Position numbers and translations under genes: made by a program | The notes under the pieces: model-generated | Told to the model about the DNA's origin: nothing | Database searches by the model: none | Seen by the model: only the letters and a program-made list of their open reading frames with translations | Virus record (IMG/VR): IMGVR_UViG_3300010370_000005 | From: a virus | Strand: one strand, 5' to 3' | DNA: 40,532 bases | Shown here: positions 1-8,169 of the stretch, piece after piece | How positions within the stretch are numbered: position 1 is the stretch's first letter | Layout: each line of letters starts with the position of its first letter

Positions 1-123
1 ATACAGTTCACCGTTGTTCTTCAGGTAATAGAAGCAACCGTAGTAGTTCCAACCACCTGAGTAGTATGAACCAGTGTGCACTTCAACGTCGTAAACGTTG
101 GTGGCTCCACTCACAATCTGCGG
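1..123. repeat. Window-end duplication, copy 1 (identical to 40410-40532); closure overlap of a circular or circularly permuted contig
   Basis: Read directly: bases 1-123 (atacagttcaccgttgttcttcagg...cacaatctgcgg) recur exactly at 40410-40532. The repeat lies inside one continuous minus-strand reading frame. Confidence 0.95.
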
Positions 124-1269
124 TGAAGTATAAGCAGTCGTGTTGCCAAGGCCAAGTTGACCTTGCGCATTCCAACCCCAGGTGTACAGTTGGCCAGTGT
201 TAGTAACCGCCATGACGTTACGAGGTCTTGCATGCAGCATACGCACGTTGCTGATACCGGACACTAATTGAGGCGTGGTCTGTGGCGAGGTTGTGTTACC
301 AATGCCGCATTCACCGTTGGCGTTGTAGCCCCAAGTCCAGAGGCGATAGCTGCTGTCAATAGCATACGCGGTGACAAGATCTGCTTCGCCGCCGTTAAGT
401 TCTTGCGACAACCAAAGACCAATGATCTTGCAACTTTGGCCAGACACAGAGGCATCAGGACCTAGATAAGGAACCTTGGTCCAAGCATACACGTCAGTTG
501 TGTGGCCAGCTCCTGCAATACCTTGGTTGTTGTAGCCCATAAAGAAGACGTCACCATCCTTAGTCAAAGCCAGAGCAGAACCAGAACCGCCGTGGTGGAT
601 TTGCACAAAGTGGTCGCCAGCTCGCATCAAACCAAATTCACCACTGAACGCCATCACAGACGTCAAGTTAGCGTGGTTGTGGGTGTGCGCGTACTTACCA
701 CCTAAGCCGTATTCAGTAGTGCCTCTGACAATGTACTCGTAGCGATCGTTAAGGAAGGCTGAGTTGAGGTGGCGAGAATAGCCAGCCCGACGAGACGAGA
801 CGCGTGGTCCAAGGCGCGGGTTTAGCAAGCCTGAGGCAATACGCAGATTGTTGCCTCCAGCTTCTCCAAGCCATGGTTCATTGCCTGTACCAATTAGATC
901 TTTTGGAGCGTGCGCGTACTGCGTTTTATATTGGTTGACCAGGACAGTGTTGCCCACGAAACCAGACGGCGCAGACCATGCAAGTCCACTCGCCGTGGCA
1001 GTTAGTACTTGACCGCTAGGTCCAATGCCAAAGCGAATTGGAGCGGTGCCGTTGTGCGTAACCAGGTCTCCAAGTGTCGTCAAGATATTGACGCCTTGCA
1101 TCATCAAGTCCCAATACGTAGTATTGGTAGGCAGATTGCCAGTAGATGCTAGTTTACAAATGTAGACGCTTTCGTTGTATTTAACAACGTCATCCTTCTC
1201 ATAGGCAGTTGCCCCTGAGTAGTTGTTCTTCCACGTGAATTTAATCTTACCAAGATCAAGGGTTGCCAT
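1..1269 (-). CDS. Tail fibre with RCC1-like beta-propeller repeats, N-terminal 423 codons; the gene wraps the window junction and continues 40409->39678
   Basis: A minus-strand ATG at 1269 is preceded by the SD aggagtaaaac, and the frame stays open to the left edge. It translates as MATLDLGKIKFTWKNNYSGATAYEKDDVVKYNESVYICKLASTGNLPTNTTYWDL, a CBM5/12-like fibre N-terminus. Repeated blades follow (WGYNANGECGIGNTT, WGWNAQGQLGLGNTT). The frame is continuous through the overlap: 1269 + 732 nt = 667 codons including the stop. Confidence 0.85.
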   Translation of the reverse strand, partial: MATLDLGKIKFTWKNNYSGATAYEKDDVVKYNESVYICKLASTGNLPTNTTYWDLMMQGVNILTTLGDLVTHNGTAPIRFGIGPSGQVLTATASGLAWSAPSGFVGNTVLVNQYKTQYAHAPKDLIGTGNEPWLGEAGGNNLRIASGLLNPRLGPRVSSRRAGYSRHLNSAFLNDRYEYIVRGTTEYGLGGKYAHTHNHANLTSVMAFSGEFGLMRAGDHFVQIHHGGSGSALALTKDGDVFFMGYNNQGIAGAGHTTDVYAWTKVPYLGPDASVSGQSCKIIGLWLSQELNGGEADLVTAYAIDSSYRLWTWGYNANGECGIGNTTSPQTTPQLVSGISNVRMLHARPRNVMAVTNTGQLYTWGWNAQGQLGLGNTTAYTSPQIVSGATNVYDVEVHTGSYYSGGWNYYGCFYYLKNNGELY

Positions 1270-1279
1270 GTTTTACTCC

Positions 1280-2167
1280 TTACGGTAATGTACAAATGAG
1301 GTGGCCGTCATTGTTGACAGAGAAGACATTGCCTGACGCGCCAAGGAAATAGTCCTCATAATTGTTTACGTCAAAAGAATCAGCAGCTCCAATGACAGAC
1401 TTATCTAGGATCAGTGAACCATTGGAGGTTCTAAACCCGTAGAAAATAGAGTTGTCTTGTGGAGGAGCGATTGTCTCGTAGCCAGAACGGTCTGACTTGA
1501 TGCGAATAAACTTAAGCTCGTCGCCAGGAACCAAGGTTGGCAGACCAGCATTTGATAGAGTTGTGGCGGCTGATGCCGCTGCTGCCGAAGCCGTAGATGC
1601 CGAAGCCGAAGCTGCCGTTGCTGCTGCCGTTGCAACTGCTGCGTTGCTTTGAGCATTTGCAATGTCAGTGGTTGTAGGACCCATGGCAACCTTTGTGCCG
1701 GTTGCATCAACGACTAAGGCTTTGTTTGCTTGAAACTCAGCAACACGAATAGCGGTCACTGTACTGGTTTCAACAACCTGTAGTGAACGGTCAAGCTGCT
1801 CTTGCAACTGCGTAGCAATGATTGTCAGGCGGTCAAGAGCGCCTTCGTGGGTTTCTGCTGGGAAAGGATCGCCTTCAGTGTAGTCCACTGTCTGGACAAT
1901 CGGCGTGCCACGAAGAATCACAATCTTAAAACCAGCCGCAAGGTTGGTGTTTAGCGTGATCGTAGCAAACTTAGTCGAAGCGTTGATTGTGACTGTGTAG
2001 TCGTAAGGTGCAGCACCACCACGCGTTCTCAGAGTCTGATTGCTTGCTGTGTCAACAGTAAAAACCTTTAGATCGTCCAAACCCTGGACGGTCGCATTAA
2101 AGTAGAAGGTGCTTGTTGAACCAGTGCCAACCTGGACAACGCGTTTAATTTCGGTTTGAACTGTCAT
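1280..2167 (-). CDS. Tail fibre / fibre-adaptor protein with a T7 gp17 N-terminal-like domain and an Ala/Ser-rich linker
   Basis: 295-aa ORF. VDYTEGDPFPAETHEGALDRLTIIATQLQEQLDRSLQ resembles the conserved podovirus tail-fibre N-terminal (virion-attachment) motif. It lies immediately upstream of the large fibre gene. Confidence 0.65.
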   Translation of the reverse strand: MTVQTEIKRVVQVGTGSTSTFYFNATVQGLDDLKVFTVDTASNQTLRTRGGAAPYDYTVTINASTKFATITLNTNLAAGFKIVILRGTPIVQTVDYTEGDPFPAETHEGALDRLTIIATQLQEQLDRSLQVVETSTVTAIRVAEFQANKALVVDATGTKVAMGPTTTDIANAQSNAAVATAAATAASASASTASAAAASAATTLSNAGLPTLVPGDELKFIRIKSDRSGYETIAPPQDNSIFYGFRTSNGSLILDKSVIGAADSFDVNNYEDYFLGASGNVFSVNNDGHLICTLP

Positions 2168-4683
2168 TGCGTAAGACTCCTTAAACTACCTCCGTATGGG
2201 ATCGACTCGCTAGGCGGTACGAAAAACTGCTGATTATTTTCTTGCATTATACGGCCTTCCATCCGACGAAGATACCCTGGATTGACCATTTCTTGGAGCT
2301 CGTACAAAATCAAATAGTCCAGGGCTTGTCTAGTATAGAACAGATTGATGAACGGGGTGTTGTTTATAACTGTCCGCATAACGTTCGCGCCAACGTCTTC
2401 GCCTGTACGGATGCGGGTAAAAATCTCAGCTAGGTCATCTACCTGTCCGAAGGTAGGACCTGCTAGGGTTGACAGGAATGAACGACCATATCGGCTGTAT
2501 TCTCCGAAAAGGAAGTCACCATAGATACCTAGGCCTCCGCCTTGGCTCATTGCGGCAAACATCAGCTTGGCATCTTTCTCAGGTTCACCAGTAAACTGAC
2601 GTGGTTCGCGGCCCTTGATAATGTCTTTAGCCATCATCGAAGCATATCCGAACAGGGTTGTACCAGCTATCAAATGTACTAGTCCCATTACGTCGGGCTT
2701 ACCGTCGGCTGCTCCATAGACCTCGCGGCCAAGACCACGGCGAATCATCGTGATTGGGAAGGCCTTAAACTGCATGATCAATCGGATGACTTCACCCTCC
2801 ACAGTACCAGTCTCGGTGCCTTGGCTCATGATGGCGCGTTCAGCAGCTCCTGGCATTGGAACCGCGAAGTCTGATCGATCTTGGAAGTAAGTATCTAGGC
2901 GAGATACCAGCTCGTTTCTAGCGGTTGTAATGTCCCTAGCTGACGGCTTGGCAGTTCCTTTGTCCATCAGGTATTGTTTAATCGTCGCGTCGTCTAACTC
3001 TTCAATGCCCTCGCTGACCATGTATGAGTTGCCGTCGTCTGCTTTACGGATCGCGTGCTTACGGTAAAGATCCCATTCGGTTTGTCCGATGTCGTATTGA
3101 CGAAGAACGTTGGTCAGTTGGTCTCCAAGGCTGCTGTACTGCATGCCAGACTTTTTAGCCAGGCTAGTACTCATAACCAAGGCAACCCCTGTCCTGTTGG
3201 TGTCGTTCCACCAGCTCATCAGGTTGAGTTTAAAGAATCGCTGCTGCAACTTGGCCATGGTTCCAGGTAAGGTATCCTGAGCACCAAACCGGGCCGTTGT
3301 GTCTCCAATGATACCATCAAACCCAATGCCAAGAAGGCGGGCAATCTCCTTTCGCTCAAGGTCTCCTCGACCCTTAAACACGTTCGCGATTGTCTCGCCG
3401 TACGACTTAAGCAGCGGCATGCCTTGGTAACGGAGCTCAGCGGCTTGGTTAGGAATATCAGTGATTGACGAGACCACGGCACCGCCAAGCTTTGCCATGT
3501 TCTGAATAGACCTAGTAATCGCACCAATCTTTGCCAGGCTAACGTTTGCTGGAATACGAGTTGTCCCATCGATTTCCTTGAGCATGTTTGTCAGGTTTTT
3601 CTTTGACAGCTCGTCGTACATCTTTGGATTGTCGCGGTACTTGATCTTTAACTCAGTCACCATGCGATCAAATGTGGCTACAGGGTTTGTGCCAAGGCCT
3701 TCCATCAAGGCTGTATTCCTGGCCATGTGCTCAAGACTGCTAGTGATTGATTCACGTAGGTCTTGTGTGCCGTATTGCTCGTTGTACGCCATGAACGAGT
3801 CAGCATCTTTGAAGTGCAAGATACGTTCCTGACTCATCTTCTTAGCTAGGTTTGCAGGACCCTTAAAGCCATGCAAGAAATTGCTTTCACTATCGCCTTT
3901 GAATCTCTTATGCAAGCCAGTGCTTAGACCTAGATAAGCACCTTTAAGGAATTCTTCGGCATCAGCCCCTCTAAACGTAGCGTCAATGTCGAGCTTGTCA
4001 ACAATGAATTGTTTCCACTGCTCATAGCCTGCTTTACGCAGTTTCTCCATGTCATGACTTTGGCGGAACATATAGCCAGGGCGAGCTTGTATATAAGCCC
4101 CTGCGTCATTGGCTCGTTTAATCGCAGTCATCTGGTACTTGTGGATGACAGCAGCTATTTCCTGAGCAACAGGGTTGTTAGAAATTCCTGGTTGACCTTC
4201 AGGTTTAATTTCAAACAGCTCGCGGGCAATGTCGTCGTCCATGTGGCCATTGCTGAAATGAACAAGCAAGTCATTTTTCTCTAGATCGTGGATTAAACGA
4301 CCAAGATACTTGTTGGCCAGGGCTTTGCCTTGCGCGTCAATGCTGAGTTTAGAACCTACTTTACTTCTCACAGAGCCAACCATCAAAGCTTTAAGGCCCT
4401 CAGCTGGGCTGTCAAACTTAGCCAAGAAGTTGTAGTTCTGCGCCATGACCTTTGCGTTGATCATGGTGTTGCGCTTCTCAAGAGCAGCTGCTAAGATTGA
4501 ATCATTCAAGCGTTGCTGCAAGTGAGCTGCAATCGTGGCATCTAGATTTTCAGGCGCCAGCATTTGCTTCTTAGACGTCAAGAACGTATCGATCTCAGAC
4601 AGCAAATCGCCAGCCTGCTGGTCAGTGATCTTGCCTTCGCCAGCTGCTTTCTTAATGATATTCAAACAGTCTTGCATTGCCAT
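2164..4683 (-). CDS. Large internal virion / DNA-ejection protein (839 aa)
   Basis: Long ORF in the structural arm, coupled by a 4-nt overlap to the next gene. The C-terminus has Gly-rich hydrophobic segments (VMGLVHLIAGTTLFGYASMMA, SQGGGLGIYGDFLFG). I recognised no enzymatic motif. Confidence 0.55.
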   Translation of the reverse strand: MAMQDCLNIIKKAAGEGKITDQQAGDLLSEIDTFLTSKKQMLAPENLDATIAAHLQQRLNDSILAAALEKRNTMINAKVMAQNYNFLAKFDSPAEGLKALMVGSVRSKVGSKLSIDAQGKALANKYLGRLIHDLEKNDLLVHFSNGHMDDDIARELFEIKPEGQPGISNNPVAQEIAAVIHKYQMTAIKRANDAGAYIQARPGYMFRQSHDMEKLRKAGYEQWKQFIVDKLDIDATFRGADAEEFLKGAYLGLSTGLHKRFKGDSESNFLHGFKGPANLAKKMSQERILHFKDADSFMAYNEQYGTQDLRESITSSLEHMARNTALMEGLGTNPVATFDRMVTELKIKYRDNPKMYDELSKKNLTNMLKEIDGTTRIPANVSLAKIGAITRSIQNMAKLGGAVVSSITDIPNQAAELRYQGMPLLKSYGETIANVFKGRGDLERKEIARLLGIGFDGIIGDTTARFGAQDTLPGTMAKLQQRFFKLNLMSWWNDTNRTGVALVMSTSLAKKSGMQYSSLGDQLTNVLRQYDIGQTEWDLYRKHAIRKADDGNSYMVSEGIEELDDATIKQYLMDKGTAKPSARDITTARNELVSRLDTYFQDRSDFAVPMPGAAERAIMSQGTETGTVEGEVIRLIMQFKAFPITMIRRGLGREVYGAADGKPDVMGLVHLIAGTTLFGYASMMAKDIIKGREPRQFTGEPEKDAKLMFAAMSQGGGLGIYGDFLFGEYSRYGRSFLSTLAGPTFGQVDDLAEIFTRIRTGEDVGANVMRTVINNTPFINLFYTRQALDYLILYELQEMVNPGYLRRMEGRIMQENNQQFFVPPSESIPYGGSLRSLTQ

Positions 4684-4684
4684 C

Positions 4685-7600
4685 TTACATTCCCTTCTGG
4701 ATACAAACAGCGGCGGCTTGAGCTGCTTTGTGCATTGTCACCGCGTCTGCTTGTTGTTGGTCCAGTGTCTTCAATTCATTTTCCAAAGTTGTTTTTAAAG
4801 CAGTGCTTAGCTCAGGATCCATGTTGGCAAGTTCAGCTTCTAAGTTTGCTTGTAAAGACTCTAACTCGGAATCAACAAGTTTTAAATCATTTTCAATTGC
4901 TTTCATGGTATCAGCAACTGCATCCTTAGGTTCACCTAGCATAGGCGTAGGATCAGCGGCACTGCTTGGCTGTGCCTGGTAAGCTTTTGCCATCTTAAGT
5001 TTCTGTGCATCACTTGCTTCAAACGGCAAAGCACGCACGTTGTCAGGCAAGACCTCAATAACAACCATAGGATCGCCAAACTCGTGACTTGGTTTATAGA
5101 CTTCTTTAATCCTATATTTCATGCCGCGATTGATAAGCAGTTCTGTCTCTGAGTGAGAAGAAATAGCGCCAGCCATCGTAGCCTTAGTTCCTTCAGGAAC
5201 TAGGATCTTTGTCATTGGTGACTTGCCCTTGTAACTGCCGTGAAACTTCTTGGCCGTTTCAACGTTAAATGACGTACTAGTAAACCCATGCATCGTGATG
5301 AACTTACCTTCAAGCGCCTTTAGCATGTTGTAAGCCTTGTCACCATCGATCGTTTGATCCCAAACAAATTGGTTTGCCCCGGGCAAATCTTTAAGCAGGT
5401 CATTAAACGTGGTGTAGCGAACATTGCCTCGCCATACCTCATACTTCTCGGTTGTCTCAGGAATCTTTTTAAATATCGAGTCCAGCAGCGCGACTCTCTT
5501 ATCCATGTTGGCGTCAATGGGTTTACCAAGGACTTCTTTGCCCCACAAATACTGGTTGAGCGAAACGTAATCTGAGTTTGTGTACCCCTTTAACGCAGAC
5601 ATTTCGCTTGGTGTAAGCGTGGTTTGAAGCTTATCGTAAAACTTATCTAAGAATTTCTTAGCATCGTTGTAATTAAAAAATTTAACCGTGCCTTGCTCTT
5701 TAGCAACTTCCTTGGCAACATTATCAAAAGTCTTTTCAAGGTCTAGACGACGAAAACCTAGAGTTTCCTTTAAGCTTGCGCCTAACTGGGGATCCATACC
5801 GTGCAGCACCGCCGTATCAACAAGCTTGTTGACTTCTTCTTGCGGTATTTTTAGAATCCTAGCCACGGCTTCTTCCGTGTCTTTAAGACTGATCTCTCCA
5901 AAGACATCAGGATTCTTTTGCAACAGGGTTTTGTATTCACCAACGGTTGGTTTAAACTCCGCGCCTTTAGGAGCACCTTGCGCTCTAAACAACAAAGCAC
6001 CACCTGGGTCAATACGCCAAACAACGCCTTTGCCTTCAATCAACTGCATGTTGTAGTTAGGAGCATTGCCGACAACATCCCAGTTTGCCAAGTAGGCGTC
6101 AATGATCATGTTCTTAGCAAAAGCCTCGCGCTGTTCTTTTGGCAGTTGCTTAAACTCAGCAGGAGAAATTGTTTTCATGCCCTTGATGTAATCACTGGCA
6201 ACCCCAACAACCTTATCGCCGTCTTGCACAATTGTTGTTTTGGGCATTGCAACACCGTACCAGCGATACAGTGTAGCAGCAACCCACTCATTCAAGGATT
6301 GGTTTGCTTCTTGATACTTGACGTAGTAAGGACTGTTGTCGTTCTTGTCTAAGTGGAGACCGCCCTTATTTGTACCTTCTTGCTTACCAACTTGTTCAAG
6401 GTTACCTACGTCAAACGCGGTGTCATAGCCAGCAAATGAGTTGTACACATCGCCATAGGTTTGCAAGTACGCGTCAGGATCAAACAAGACAGACTCAACA
6501 GCTTGCTTGCCTTTAGGATTTAGATCATTAAAGACTTCTTTTGTAGGGTCTTGTACAAAAAGACTTTGCATGGAATCTTCAGGACCAAAGACGACGTCGT
6601 GTTGGTTTTGCTTTGGATCAAAAACAGCGTTCTTGACTTCCATCACGTGAGTCAAGTTGTTTTTAGCAAGCTGATACGAACCCTTGTAGGAAATGTCTAG
6701 TGAACCCTCCTCAACAGAGACGCCATGGATGGCTAACAAGTCTTTAAGGTCTGACGACACCTTGCTCATGTCAATCGTGCCTTTTTCAGCAAAGGCTTTT
6801 GACGTCAACAACCCAATTGGCGAATCACGATTTGCTTTGACAGCCATAACTTGACCGTCTTTTGTGCGCACGTAAAATGCCACGTTGTTTTGCAACCCGT
6901 TCTTTGTAGCCATCGTTACGGCTTCGGCGAAGTCAGGGTCTTGCATGGCTTTAGCAACTTGCGCTGCGGTAACCTTAGCTGCCTTAGGACCTGTGGCTTG
7001 CTCCATCAAGCTAAGACTTGTCTCGACATCTTGATAAGGCTTGTAGTGCTTGATTGGGTTTGATGCCTGCAACTCAGAATCAAACTTTGTAGCAGAGGCT
7101 GTCAAGTATGGATCGTAGACTTGCTCACCAGGTTTTAGTGGATCAAGAGTAACTGCTCCAGCAACCGGGGCCTCAGCATCAGGGTTGACTGCGTAAACTT
7201 TATTAGAGGCTCCAACAGTAGCAATCTGACTTATTTCAACGTCTTTGCCGTTGCCTAACTGCTTGATTGAAGTTTCAAGAGCTGCTGCATGGCTGCGTTG
7301 ACGAAGACCCTTGTAGCCGTCGTAAAACTTACCACCAACAGCAAATAGACCACCGCCTGCAACAGTGCCAAAAGCAATGTTGGTCAGTGAGTCCATCATG
7401 TCGTAGTCTGCTTTTTCTTGTATCTTTGCAGAATAGATAAGCGGTTCAACACCAAGAGATCCCACAAAGCCAGCTTCAGCGCCTCGCATAAAACGACTGG
7501 CAGTAACGCCTAACTTCGCGTATCTAGCCTCACCAATGATTGGCACAAAGCCAATGGCAAGACCCACAGGATCAAAGATCGCCGTGCCCATAGCCAAACC

Positions 7601-8161
7601 AAAACCAACTGAGTTGTCAACAAAACCTTGTGCACGACCCATCGTACTGGCCAAACGTTGTTCTTCTAGTTTGCGCTTATGCTGAATAGAAGCTACAAGA
7701 CTGCTGACAGGCTTATCCCAGCTAAGGTGTCCTGGAATGCCAAACTTAGTATTTGCCTCATCTGGCTGCAGCATTGTTGGCCGCTCAGTAAGGCCAAATT
7801 CCTCTATTGTTGGACGTCTTTTGTAACCGTCCCGGCCACCTCGAGAATTGTTGTGTCTTTGGTTGTAGAGTTTCTTTAGATCGTCGTCGTTGTAGTTCGT
7901 TAACTCTTCAGCTCGACGAATCTCGTTCATTCGAGAAATAGAGTCAATACCGGTTTCTCTCCAACCAGCAGTGATGGCTGCGTCAGCTACTTGCCCAGTG
8001 GTCGATCGCAAGTCATCAAAGCCAAAACTTTGAAACCACTGCGAAGGAGCATATGGAGTAAAGTTTTGACTGAGATTGCGCGCCTGATCAACAACCTGTT
8101 GGTTAACAGGATCGTTTGCTTGGCGGGCGTTGAGCGTCGTTTTTTTTACTTTTTCAACCAT
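4685..8161 (-). CDS. Internal virion / ejection protein in the T7 gp16 position (1158 aa), carrying a PI3/4-kinase-like region and a C-terminal R-S-ExE ADP-ribosyltransferase domain
   Basis: Position follows the gp14- and gp15-like genes. N-terminal Gly-rich membrane segments are present (VGFGLAMGTAIFDPVGLAIGFVPIIG). ART motifs are LKGYTNSDYVSLNQYL, EVWRG, GFTSTSF and SETELLI. The kinase-like string is IIDAYLANWDVVGNAPNYN...WRIDPGGAL. Confidence 0.8.
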   Translation of the reverse strand: MVEKVKKTTLNARQANDPVNQQVVDQARNLSQNFTPYAPSQWFQSFGFDDLRSTTGQVADAAITAGWRETGIDSISRMNEIRRAEELTNYNDDDLKKLYNQRHNNSRGGRDGYKRRPTIEEFGLTERPTMLQPDEANTKFGIPGHLSWDKPVSSLVASIQHKRKLEEQRLASTMGRAQGFVDNSVGFGLAMGTAIFDPVGLAIGFVPIIGEARYAKLGVTASRFMRGAEAGFVGSLGVEPLIYSAKIQEKADYDMMDSLTNIAFGTVAGGGLFAVGGKFYDGYKGLRQRSHAAALETSIKQLGNGKDVEISQIATVGASNKVYAVNPDAEAPVAGAVTLDPLKPGEQVYDPYLTASATKFDSELQASNPIKHYKPYQDVETSLSLMEQATGPKAAKVTAAQVAKAMQDPDFAEAVTMATKNGLQNNVAFYVRTKDGQVMAVKANRDSPIGLLTSKAFAEKGTIDMSKVSSDLKDLLAIHGVSVEEGSLDISYKGSYQLAKNNLTHVMEVKNAVFDPKQNQHDVVFGPEDSMQSLFVQDPTKEVFNDLNPKGKQAVESVLFDPDAYLQTYGDVYNSFAGYDTAFDVGNLEQVGKQEGTNKGGLHLDKNDNSPYYVKYQEANQSLNEWVAATLYRWYGVAMPKTTIVQDGDKVVGVASDYIKGMKTISPAEFKQLPKEQREAFAKNMIIDAYLANWDVVGNAPNYNMQLIEGKGVVWRIDPGGALLFRAQGAPKGAEFKPTVGEYKTLLQKNPDVFGEISLKDTEEAVARILKIPQEEVNKLVDTAVLHGMDPQLGASLKETLGFRRLDLEKTFDNVAKEVAKEQGTVKFFNYNDAKKFLDKFYDKLQTTLTPSEMSALKGYTNSDYVSLNQYLWGKEVLGKPIDANMDKRVALLDSIFKKIPETTEKYEVWRGNVRYTTFNDLLKDLPGANQFVWDQTIDGDKAYNMLKALEGKFITMHGFTSTSFNVETAKKFHGSYKGKSPMTKILVPEGTKATMAGAISSHSETELLINRGMKYRIKEVYKPSHEFGDPMVVIEVLPDNVRALPFEASDAQKLKMAKAYQAQPSSAADPTPMLGEPKDAVADTMKAIENDLKLVDSELESLQANLEAELANMDPELSTALKTTLENELKTLDQQQADAVTMHKAAQAAAVCIQKGM

Positions 8162-8169
8162 CGCCTACC

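Noticed and set aside
1-123. Terminal repeat as a physical direct terminal repeat (DTR) of the virion DNA
   Set aside because: The repeat sits in the middle of a coding frame that continues seamlessly across the junction. This is the signature of assembler closure of a circular or permuted genome rather than of T7-like DTRs, which are intergenic.
264-705. Plus-strand track ORFs 268-465 and 502-705, and minus-strand ORF 264-455
   Set aside because: They lie inside or antisense to the continuous minus-strand tail-fibre frame (1-1269). They have no SD and a low-complexity, Arg-rich composition typical of shadow frames.
5688-6352. Plus-strand ORFs of 122-144 aa (5688-6056 and 5918-6352) and other internal ORFs within 4685-8161
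   Set aside because: They are antisense shadows of the 1158-aa gene, whose own frame carries clear ART motifs.
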